Source: an uncultured Desulfovibrionaceae bacterium
GTDB lineage: Bacteria > Desulfobacterota > Desulfovibrionia > Desulfovibrionales > Desulfovibrionaceae
Length of the DNA stretch: 39,290 nucleotides
Assembly: GCA_965364745.1 (NCBI GenBank)
Contig: CBDTYX010000001.1
Coordinates: 1 to 39,290 of the forward strand
Direction: 5' to 3'
This document shows positions 24,574 through 32,083 of the stretch, in pieces. The translations under genes and the position numbers were made by a program. Positions within the stretch are counted from its first letter, which is position 1; every line of letters begins with the position of its first letter. Below the pieces are notes generated by a model. It searched no databases. It was not told the DNA's origin and saw nothing but the letters and a program-made list of their open reading frames with translations.

Positions 24574-26196
24574 ATGGCGTCCATGTTTTCCAGTATTTCA
24601 GACAAGTTCAAGGCTTTCTGGCAGCAAAGCAGCATTATGCAGCGCTCTTTGGTCTTGGGGCTTGCGGTTTTGACCATAGCCGTCTTTGTGGGCTTGACCG
24701 TGTGGATGAACCAGCCTGATTACCGGGTGCTTTACGCCAACTTGAGTCCGGAAGACGCCAGCCGCGTGGTTACCGGGCTGCAGGCGGACAAAACCCCCTA
24801 TAAATTGGAAAACAACGGCCAGACCATTTTGGTGCCGGCGGATAAAGTATACGACCTGCGCCTTAAAGTGGCCGGCGACGGCTCCATAACCGGGCAGGGC
24901 GTCGGTTTTGAAATTTTTGACAACATTAAAGTAGGCGAAACCGCCTTTGTGCAAAAAATCAACTATCAGCGCGCCCTGCAGGGCGAACTGACCCGGACTC
25001 TGTCGGAATTTCCCGGCGTGGAAAGCGCCCGCGTGCACCTGGTGGTGCCGCAGCACAGTCTGTTTATTGAAGAACAGCAGCCTCCGTCGGCCTCTGTGGT
25101 TTTGAAGCTGGCCGAAGGCCGCAGTCTCAACGAAAAAGACGTGCAGGCCGTGGTCAATCTGCTGGTTATGGCTGTGGAAGGTCTGGACAAGAGTCATATT
25201 TCCGTCAGCGATTCCAACGGCAAAGTGCTTTATTACCCGCCGGAAGAAGGTTCCGTGGCGGGCATGAGCAACACCCAGCTGGAGCATAAAGCCACGGTGC
25301 AGCGCGATCTTGAGCGCCGCATCGAGGACATGCTGGCCCCGATCATCGGCCCCGGCAAAGTCATCGCCAGGGTCAACGCCGACCTCGACTTCAGCCAGAA
25401 AACCATTCGCAAAGAACTGTTTGACCCGGACAAAACCGTTCTGCGTTCCGAATCGCGCAGCGAAGAGTCCACCAAAGGCCAGTCCACTCTGGACTCCGGC
25501 GTGCCGGACGCCAACTTCCGGGGCGACAACATGAGCGGAGGGCTCTCCGAACAGGAAAGCACCCGGGAAACCCGCACCAACAACTTTGAAATCAATAAGG
25601 AAGAGCAGAACATCATCGCTTCCGTGGGCGATGTCACTCGTTTATCGGTTGCAGTTATTGTCGATGGCACGTATGTAAAGAATGAGGAAACCGGGGAGAT
25701 GATGTTTACCCCGCGCAGCGATGAAGAGCTTGCCCGCATCAACCAGTTGGTGGCCAATGCCGTAGGCTTTGACCGCGCGCGCGGCGACACCATTGAAGTG
25801 TCCAGCATTTCCTTTGGCGGGCCTGATCTTGCTTTCGAGCCGCAGCTTTCCGACATGATCATGGATTACGCCACCCGCCTGGGCAAGCCGATCCTCAATT
25901 CAGTGCTGGTGCTGCTCTTCCTGCTCCTGGTCGTGCGGCCCATCGTGCTGGCCATGATCCGGCCCCGCGTGCAGGGCGAACTGATTGAAGGTCTGGAAGG
26001 CCTGCCCGCCGGCGAAGACCGTCTGGCGCTCATCGAAGCCGATGAAGAGCTGGACGCTCTGGACGCCATGAAGAAGATAGATGACGTCAAAGCGCACACC
26101 ATGCAGCTTTGCGAACAGAATATGGAACAAGCAGTCAGCATTTTGCGCGGCTGGATAAGAGAAAGCGAAGGAGCCAGCGTTGGCAGAGCAGCTTAG
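24574..26196 (+). CDS. fliF: flagellar M-ring protein FliF
   Basis: A GGAGGA SD precedes the start. The 540-aa protein has an N-terminal TM segment, YRVLYANLSPEDASRVV..L, INYQRALQGELTRT and a second TM segment near the C-terminus. Confidence 0.9.
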   Translation: MASMFSSISDKFKAFWQQSSIMQRSLVLGLAVLTIAVFVGLTVWMNQPDYRVLYANLSPEDASRVVTGLQADKTPYKLENNGQTILVPADKVYDLRLKVAGDGSITGQGVGFEIFDNIKVGETAFVQKINYQRALQGELTRTLSEFPGVESARVHLVVPQHSLFIEEQQPPSASVVLKLAEGRSLNEKDVQAVVNLLVMAVEGLDKSHISVSDSNGKVLYYPPEEGSVAGMSNTQLEHKATVQRDLERRIEDMLAPIIGPGKVIARVNADLDFSQKTIRKELFDPDKTVLRSESRSEESTKGQSTLDSGVPDANFRGDNMSGGLSEQESTRETRTNNFEINKEEQNIIASVGDVTRLSVAVIVDGTYVKNEETGEMMFTPRSDEELARINQLVANAVGFDRARGDTIEVSSISFGGPDLAFEPQLSDMIMDYATRLGKPILNSVLVLLFLLLVVRPIVLAMIRPRVQGELIEGLEGLPAGEDRLALIEADEELDALDAMKKIDDVKAHTMQLCEQNMEQAVSILRGWIRESEGASVGRAA

Positions 26197-27181
26197 CGGC
26201 CTGGAAAAAAGCGCCATTCTTTTACTGGCAATGGGTGACAAGTTCACGTCTGAAGCCTTCAAACGCATGGAACGCGCCGAGATCACGCAGATTTCCAAGA
26301 TCATTATGGAAATGGATGCCGTGCCCAAAGAAACCATTGAAATGGTGCTTCGCGAGTTCCACTACGCGCTGGTCAGCGGGCAGGATATCCTTACCGGCGG
26401 AGAAGACGCCGTGAAGCGCCTGCTGATGAAGAATCTGGATGGGGACACGGCCAAGTATATTATTGACGAGCTTAACCTGGACGTGGGCGCCGTGCCTTTC
26501 CGCGAGCTGGGCAATGTTTCGCCGCGCATTCTTTCGCAGATCTTGCGCAACGAACACCCCCAGACTCTGGCCTTGATTTTGGGCCACATGCCGGCGGACC
26601 AGGCGGCCCAATTGCTTACCAATCTGCCGGCCGGGGTGCGCACCGAGGTACTCATGCGCCTGGCCAATTTGGAAGCCGTGCCGGAAGATATGATTGAAGA
26701 GGTGGATAAAGTGCTGCAATCGCAGCTTATCGCCATGGGCGGCAAAGAAGGTAAAAAAGTCGGCGGCGTTCCGGCTGTGGCTGAAATCCTCAACGCTGTG
26801 GACCGGGCCACCGAAGAAGAAGTTTTGTCGGAAATCGAGGAAGAATCTTCCCAGATGGCCGAAGAAATCCGCAACCTCATGTTTGTGTTTGAAGACGTGG
26901 GCGGGCTGGATGACCGGGCGGTGCGCGAGCTGCTCAAGGATATTTCCAACGACGACTTGACTTTGGCCCTCAAGGGCGCGTCCGACGAACTCAAGGAACA
27001 TTTCTTCAAGAACATGTCCGAGCGCGCGGCCACCATGATCCGGGAAGATTTGGAAATCATGGGACCCACCAAGTTGTCCGATGTGGAAGCCGCCCAGCAG
27101 AATATTGTCAGAACGGTACGCAAACTGGAAGGCGAAGGCCGCATCGCCATAAGCCGCGGAGGCGGAGATGTCTTTGTATAA
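26180..27181 (+). CDS. fliG: flagellar motor switch protein FliG
   Basis: The TTG start follows GAAGGAG. The protein contains LSGLEKSAILLLAMG...EHPQTLALIL...MFVFEDV...MSERAATMIREDLE..GP. Confidence 0.9.
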   Translation: MAEQLSGLEKSAILLLAMGDKFTSEAFKRMERAEITQISKIIMEMDAVPKETIEMVLREFHYALVSGQDILTGGEDAVKRLLMKNLDGDTAKYIIDELNLDVGAVPFRELGNVSPRILSQILRNEHPQTLALILGHMPADQAAQLLTNLPAGVRTEVLMRLANLEAVPEDMIEEVDKVLQSQLIAMGGKEGKKVGGVPAVAEILNAVDRATEEEVLSEIEEESSQMAEEIRNLMFVFEDVGGLDDRAVRELLKDISNDDLTLALKGASDELKEHFFKNMSERAATMIREDLEIMGPTKLSDVEAAQQNIVRTVRKLEGEGRIAISRGGGDVFV

Positions 27182-28388
27182 CGAAGGGCAGAGCCACTGG
27201 GGCACTATTTTTATGGGCCCCGGCCCCAGCATGGAAACCACCCTGGAACGGGTGGAAGCCGTGGGGCCTTCTTTGGCCTGGACTACGGAGACCGAAGCCG
27301 AATATCTGGCCAGAGTGCGGGAAAAAGCCACGGCCAAGGCCAAGGAAATTCTCCTGGCCGCGCAAACCGAAGCCGACGCGATGCGCGAGCAGGCCCACGC
27401 TCAAGGCTATGAAGCGGGACTTGATCAGGCCCAGGCCGAGTTGGAAGAATTCCGGCAGGGCATGGGCGCGTCCGTGGCCGCGGTGCTGGCCGCCATTGAA
27501 GGCAATGCGGGGCGCATTGCCGCAGCCTGGCGTGAAGAGCTCGTCAACCTCACCCGCCTGTGCGTGGAAACCGCCGTGAATCACGAGCTGTCCGAGGAGC
27601 GGGCCGCTTTGCTGGCCGGGTTGTTTGACGGCGCAACAGCCAAAATGGCGGCAGCGCAACGCATCTCCATAGCGGTCAACCCCGAGGACGAACCCGCGGT
27701 GGCCGATATGCTCGACGCCGCCGGCCAAGACGGCGAACAGACGTTTACGGTGCGCGGCGATGCTTCGCTGGCCCCGGGCAGTCTGGTGCTCGAGTCCGAC
27801 GACAGCCGGGTGGACAATTCTTTGACGGCCCGGCGCGCGCTGGTGGAAAATATTCTGGCCCAGTTATCCGTGCCGGCCGATACCCCGGCAGAAGCCGCGC
27901 GCTTGGCGGAAGAAATTCCCTCTCTTGAGCCGACCTTCCCGGTTCAGGAGGCGAGTCTTGCCCCGCAGGCTGTGGCAGCGGCGGAAGAAGAAGCTGAAAC
28001 CGCACCGGCGCAAATGCAGCCGGCGCCGGAGGCAGAAGCGGCGGAACAAACCGCTCCGGTTGCCGAAGAAGCTGCGCCCACTGAAGAAATTTCGCCTGAA
28101 GCGTCGCCGGAAACAGCGCCTGAGGCTCAGCCGGCGCTTGAGGTTGCGGAACAATTTCCGGCGGCTGAGATCGCTGCCGAACAGCTCATGTCCGAAGTTG
28201 AACCTGTGCCTGCTATTGAAGCGCCCGCCTCGCCGGAGGGGAATACGCAGGCGCAAGCCTCTGAAAATGTCGAGCTCGAAGCAATTGCCGCCCCGGCGGA
28301 CGCGGCCGGTCAAGAAGACGCCGCTGCCGCTCCGGAGGCAGATCCCTTTGAACCGGCCGAAGTCTTGAGCGACGGCACCCGAAAATAA
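27168..28388 (+). CDS. fliH: flagellar assembly protein FliH with a ~170-aa acidic Ala/Glu/Pro-rich C-terminal extension
   Basis: The gene sits between fliG and fliI. The N-terminal ~235 aa have the FliH-type coiled region and C-terminal core (SIAVNPED...LVLESDDSRVDNSL). Residues ~236-406 are low complexity. Confidence 0.75.
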   Translation: MSLYNEGQSHWGTIFMGPGPSMETTLERVEAVGPSLAWTTETEAEYLARVREKATAKAKEILLAAQTEADAMREQAHAQGYEAGLDQAQAELEEFRQGMGASVAAVLAAIEGNAGRIAAAWREELVNLTRLCVETAVNHELSEERAALLAGLFDGATAKMAAAQRISIAVNPEDEPAVADMLDAAGQDGEQTFTVRGDASLAPGSLVLESDDSRVDNSLTARRALVENILAQLSVPADTPAEAARLAEEIPSLEPTFPVQEASLAPQAVAAAEEEAETAPAQMQPAPEAEAAEQTAPVAEEAAPTEEISPEASPETAPEAQPALEVAEQFPAAEIAAEQLMSEVEPVPAIEAPASPEGNTQAQASENVELEAIAAPADAAGQEDAAAAPEADPFEPAEVLSDGTRK

Positions 28389-28392
28389 ATTT

Positions 28393-29718
28393 ATGAGCTT
28401 ACTGCCCGACGCGGCCGCCCGCCTGCTCTCCGCCGTTGATCCCTGCCAGGTGTTCGGCAAAGTCACCAAAGTGGTGGGGCTTATTGCCGAAGGCCGGGGC
28501 CTGACCGCGCCCGTGGGCTCTTTGTGCCATATCATTGTCGAAGGCGAAGAAGAGGCCATCCCGGCCGAAGTGGTGGGCTTTCGTGACGGCAATCTCCTGC
28601 TCATGCCCTATGACGATTTGCGCGGCATTCAGCCGGGCAGTCTTATTCGCGCTTCCAATTTGCCTCCGGTTTTTCCGGTGGGGCCGCATCTTCTGGGCCG
28701 GGCTTTCGACGCTTTCGGCGCGCCTTTGGATGCTGAAGCCCACGCGCGCCACGCCGTGCTCAGCGAGGCCGGACAGCCTATTTACGCGCCGCCGCCCAAC
28801 CCCTTAAGCCGCCCCCGCATCTTCGATCCCCTGGACGTGGGCGTGCGCGCCATCAATGCCCTGCTCACCCTGGGCAAAGGGCAGCGCGTGGCCATTATGG
28901 CCGGTTCCGGAGTGGGCAAATCCACGCTTTTGGGCATGATGGCCCGCTACACCAAGGCCGACGTCAACGTCATCGCTCTGGTGGGCGAACGCGGCCGTGA
29001 AGTGGTCGAATTTATGGAAAAAGACCTCGGGCCTGAAGGCATGGCCCGCTCCGTGCTGGTCATCGCCACCTCCGACGCCTCGCCTCTGGTGCGCATGCGC
29101 GCCGCCTACGCAGCTACGGCCGTGGCCGAATATTACCGCGACCAGGGCAAGGACGTGCTTCTGATGATGGACTCGGTGACCCGTTTCGCCATGGCCGCCC
29201 GCGAAGTTGGTCTGTCTGTGGGTGAACCGCCCACCAGCAAAGGCTATACCCCGTCTGTTTTCGCCCAGCTGCCCAAACTGCTGGAGCGGGCCGGCCGCAG
29301 CCCCAAAGGCACTATTACCGGCATTTACACTGTGCTCGTGGACGGCGACGATTTTAACGAGCCCATTGCCGACAGCGTGCGTTCCATTCTGGACGGCCAT
29401 GTGGTCCTGACCCGTGAATTGGCCAACCAGGCCCATTACCCGTGCATTGACGTGCTCAAGTCCATCAGCCGTTTAAAATCGGACATTTCCAGCAAAGAAG
29501 ATGTGGCCGACGCCCGCAAAATTCTGGCCATGATGGCCTCCTACCGCCGCATGGAAGACATGATCAACATCGGCGCCTACGTGCAGGGCTCCAACCCCGA
29601 AGTGGACAAAGCCATCAGCATGCACAGCCCCATCAACACCTTCCTGCGCCAGGCCGTGGAAGAGGGCTGCTCCTTGGAAGACAGCCTCGCCCAAATGCGC
29701 CGACTGGCCGCCCAATAG
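28393..29718 (+). CDS. fliI: flagellum-specific ATP synthase FliI
   Basis: Walker A is GSGVGKST and Walker B is VLLMMDSVTRFA. SITGIYTVLVDGDD-type and HYPCIDVLKSISR motifs are also present. Confidence 0.9.
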   Translation: MSLLPDAAARLLSAVDPCQVFGKVTKVVGLIAEGRGLTAPVGSLCHIIVEGEEEAIPAEVVGFRDGNLLLMPYDDLRGIQPGSLIRASNLPPVFPVGPHLLGRAFDAFGAPLDAEAHARHAVLSEAGQPIYAPPPNPLSRPRIFDPLDVGVRAINALLTLGKGQRVAIMAGSGVGKSTLLGMMARYTKADVNVIALVGERGREVVEFMEKDLGPEGMARSVLVIATSDASPLVRMRAAYAATAVAEYYRDQGKDVLLMMDSVTRFAMAAREVGLSVGEPPTSKGYTPSVFAQLPKLLERAGRSPKGTITGIYTVLVDGDDFNEPIADSVRSILDGHVVLTRELANQAHYPCIDVLKSISRLKSDISSKEDVADARKILAMMASYRRMEDMINIGAYVQGSNPEVDKAISMHSPINTFLRQAVEEGCSLEDSLAQMRRLAAQ

Positions 29719-29735
29719 GAAGAACGTAGACAACC

Positions 29736-29777
29736 GGAGGAGTGGAGCCTTCCCCTTCCTGACCCCTTATTGAGCGG
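29736..29777. repeat. short intergenic repeat, copy A (GGAGGAG..CCTTCCCC..CCCTTATTGAGCGG)
   Basis: It aligns by eye at roughly 75% with 31042-31087. It starts 18 nt after the fliI stop. Confidence 0.45.
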
Positions 29778-29886
29778 TATCTTTTTTAACAATCACAAAT
29801 TGTTGCCTTTAGGGAGATTCTGACCTAAATAGCAATGTATGCCGTTAAGGGCGGAAACTCTCCTCCGCGCGGCAGGGAATTGCGAT

Positions 29887-30129
29887 ATGTTGGAAGAAAT
29901 AATCAAAAAAGACGGCCGGAAAGATTCCTGGCAAATTACCGTGCATTTGGAACCGCAGGGCAAAAGTTTGAGCCTGCCCCGGCCCAAGACCGTGTGGCAG
30001 CTCATGAATCGTCTGGGGCTTAAGCCCTGTTCCGCGCTGATTATCCGTGATGGCGGCCTGCTCACCCGTGACCGGGAGATACTGCCCGGCGACGTGATTA
30101 CGGTTCGGTCGGTGGTGTCTTCGGGGTGA
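29887..30129 (+). CDS. ThiS/MoaD-family ubiquitin-like sulfur-carrier-like protein (TtuB-like) ending in Ser-Gly
   Basis: The 80-aa protein reads ...ITVHLEPQGKSLSLPRPKTVWQLMNRLGLKPCSALIIRDGGLLTRDREILPGDVITVRSVVSSG*. It lies immediately upstream of the TtuA-like gene. The start is uncertain (29887 or 29839). Confidence 0.55.
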   Translation: MLEEIIKKDGRKDSWQITVHLEPQGKSLSLPRPKTVWQLMNRLGLKPCSALIIRDGGLLTRDREILPGDVITVRSVVSSG

Positions 30130-30139
30130 GTGCTAGAGT

Positions 30140-31072
30140 ATGAAATGTAAGCGTTGCAAAGAATTGGCCGTGGTGGCCCTGCCCAGTCACCATGCGGGTT
30201 TTTGCCGGGACTGCTTTTTGGAGTTCTTTTCCCGGCAGGTGGAGCGGGCCGTGGCCAAGGAAAAACTGTTTACCCGCGAAGACCGCATCCTGGTGGCCGT
30301 GTCCGGCGGCAAAGATTCCCTGGCGCTCATGCTTGAGTTGGCCGAACAGGGCTACAATGTCACCGGCCTGCATGTGGACTTGTCCATCCCCAAATCTTCC
30401 GAAGCGGCTCGGGCCGTGGTCGAGTCTTTTTGCGCGCGGCACGGCCTGCCTTTGCAGGTCAAGACTCTGGCCGAGGAGGGCCTGGCCGCGCCGCTGGTCA
30501 AGAAATATCTGAACCGGCCCATTTGCTCGGCCTGCGGCAAGATCAAACGCTATTTTTTCAACAAGGCCGCTTTGGACGGCGATTTTACCGTGCTGGCCAC
30601 CGGGCACAACCTGGACGATGAAATCGCCCGCCTGTTCAGCAATGTGCTGCGCTGGGACGTCAGCTACCTCTCGGACCAGGGGCCCAATCTTCCGGCTTGC
30701 AACGGATTTGCCCGCAAGGTAAAACCGTTGTTTCGCCTCTCGGAGTTTGAAACCGCCAATTACGCGTTTTTAAAAGGGATTGATTATCACACCGCGCCTT
30801 GCCCCTACAGCGGCGGGGCCAGCTTCACCTTTCACAAAACTTTGTGGGAAGACCTGGAACATGAAATGCCTGGCCGTAAGCTGGAGTTTTACCTGGGCTT
30901 TTTAGAGCGCGGCCGACCCGTGTTCGCCCGAAAAGAAGCTGAAAGCGGCGAAACGATCGCGCCGTGCACGCGTTGCGGCTATCCCACTTCCGGCGGCGTC
31001 TGCGGCGTGTGCCGCATTCGGGATATAGTGCGTGAACGCCTGGAGGAAGGGGACCTCCTCCCCCTCCCTTAA
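30140..31072 (+). CDS. ttuA: TtuA/Ncs6-type PP-loop ATPase (tRNA 2-thiolation family)
   Basis: There is an N-terminal zinc finger CKRC...CRDC and a PP-loop VSGGKDS. The Fe-S ligand pattern is CSAC...GHNLDDE...PCPY. A C-terminal CTRC...CGVC is present. Confidence 0.75.
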   Translation: MKCKRCKELAVVALPSHHAGFCRDCFLEFFSRQVERAVAKEKLFTREDRILVAVSGGKDSLALMLELAEQGYNVTGLHVDLSIPKSSEAARAVVESFCARHGLPLQVKTLAEEGLAAPLVKKYLNRPICSACGKIKRYFFNKAALDGDFTVLATGHNLDDEIARLFSNVLRWDVSYLSDQGPNLPACNGFARKVKPLFRLSEFETANYAFLKGIDYHTAPCPYSGGASFTFHKTLWEDLEHEMPGRKLEFYLGFLERGRPVFARKEAESGETIAPCTRCGYPTSGGVCGVCRIRDIVRERLEEGDLLPLP

Positions 31073-31087
31073 CCCTTATTGATCAGG
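31042..31087. repeat. short repeat, copy B, overlapping the 3' end of the TtuA-like gene
   Basis: ggaggaaggggacctcctccccctcccttaacccttattgatcagg encodes the last residues, EEGDLLPLP*. A further partial copy, tttatttttgagcgg, lies at about 31121-31135. Confidence 0.45.
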
Positions 31088-31234
31088 GACGGGATTGTAG
31101 AGTAATCTGGGGAGCGCGTCTTTATTTTTGAGCGGAATTAAGCGGCCTTAACCATGCGGAAGGGTCTTTTGACGGTAAGGATCGCGAATGATAATCTTCT
31201 TTACCTCCATTCGAATTGGGGTTTAGGGGGGAAG

Positions 31235-31289
31235 TCCGGAGGAGGGGAACCTCAGGGGGGGCATCCCCTTTAGATTCCCCTCCTCCGGA
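31235..31289. repeat. perfect 15-bp inverted repeat (tccggaggaggggaa / ttcccctcctccgga) with a 25-nt spacer
   Basis: The arms are 31235-31249 and 31275-31289. The spacer holds a smaller palindrome, agggg..cccct. The repeat ends 27 nt before the XRE-cupin ATG. Confidence 0.7.
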
Positions 31290-31316
31290 AGTCACTTCAA
31301 ACAACAGGAGTTTCAT

Positions 31317-31886
31317 ATGGCAGTGCAGAAATTAGGGGCCAGGGTGCGGCGTTTTCGTGAAGAAAAGGGCATGAGCCGGGAAGATTTGGCTGCAGCCGCC
31401 AATTTGAGCCTGGACGTCATTGTCGGCCTGGAAGAGGAAAATCTTTATCCTTCCCTGGCGCCGGTGCAGAAGGTGGCCAGAGCTTTGGGCATTCGCCTGG
31501 GCACCTTTATGGACGACGTGACCGTGAAGGACCCGCTCATTGTGCGCAAGGCCCGCCGCGAGGACGATTTGACCATGCACAAGGCCAAGGACAAGGCCGC
31601 GGCGTTCCATTTCCATTCTCTGGGCAAGGGCAAGGCCGACCGCAACATGGAGCCGTTTGTCATTGAAATGTTGCCGGAGTCGGAGTCCGACCGCAAGCTG
31701 TCTTCCCACGAGGGCGAGGAATTCATCCTGGTCACCCAGGGCAAAGTTCTTTTGCGCTACGGCAAGGAAGACAACGTTTTGGAGCCCGGCGATACGGCTT
31801 ATTACAATTCCATTGTGCCTCACTATGTAGGCGCGATGGACGGCGAAGCGCAGATTTACGCGGTGATTTATTATCCGCCCTATTAA
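31317..31886 (+). CDS. XRE-family HTH transcriptional regulator with a C-terminal cupin domain
   Basis: An AGGAG SD precedes the start. The HTH region is LGARVRRFREEKGMSREDLAAAANLSLDVIVGLE and the cupin region is HEGEEFILVTQGKVLLRYGKEDNVLEPGDTAYYNSIVPH. Confidence 0.8.
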   Translation: MAVQKLGARVRRFREEKGMSREDLAAAANLSLDVIVGLEEENLYPSLAPVQKVARALGIRLGTFMDDVTVKDPLIVRKARREDDLTMHKAKDKAAAFHFHSLGKGKADRNMEPFVIEMLPESESDRKLSSHEGEEFILVTQGKVLLRYGKEDNVLEPGDTAYYNSIVPHYVGAMDGEAQIYAVIYYPPY

Positions 31887-31894
31887 TGTTTTTA

Positions 31895-32068
31895 GAGCAT
31901 TTTAACATTGAAATTATATATTAAGGAAAAATGCTCCGGCGTTGCATCGCGAAGCTGCGCAACGCCCGCGGGATTGCCGCAGAGCGGCTTTGCCGACTGT
32001 TCTAAACAGTCAAGCGGCAATCTCACGGCGAAAATATTATAACAGCCCGGCTGCGGGCGGGGCTTTTT
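31895..32068 (+). other. structured intergenic region: four nested or serial hairpins, then a GC hairpin with a T5 tract, upstream of the acyl-CoA synthetase
   Basis: The stems are 31895-31903/31928-31936 (9 bp), 31938-31945/31959-31966 (8 bp), 31972-31980/32014-32022 (9 bp, enclosing 31995-32001/32005-32011, 7 bp) and gcccg-gctg-cgggc at 32045-32058, followed by ggggcttttt. Confidence 0.4.
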
Positions 32069-32083
32069 AGTTTAGGTATAAAT

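Noticed and set aside
27925-28368. A 147-aa plus-strand ORF that is extremely Arg/Lys-rich (RRKKKLKPHRRKCSRRRRQKRR...).
   Set aside because: It is the +1 frame of the GAA/GCN-rich acidic tail of fliH. The mirror-image charge results from the codon repeat composition and the ORF has no independent start signals.
24598-29436. Many minus-strand ORFs of 70-373 aa across fliF-fliI, for example 26222..27343, 26362..27150, 27864..28604 and 28804..29436.
   Set aside because: All are antisense to strongly supported flagellar genes, and their composition is His/Arg/Gly-rich and low complexity.
31122-31316. A 64-aa minus-strand ORF covering the 15-bp inverted repeat.
   Set aside because: It is composed of the G-rich/C-rich repeat sequence, has no SD, and ends abutting the regulator start. 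The repeat structure explains the open frame.
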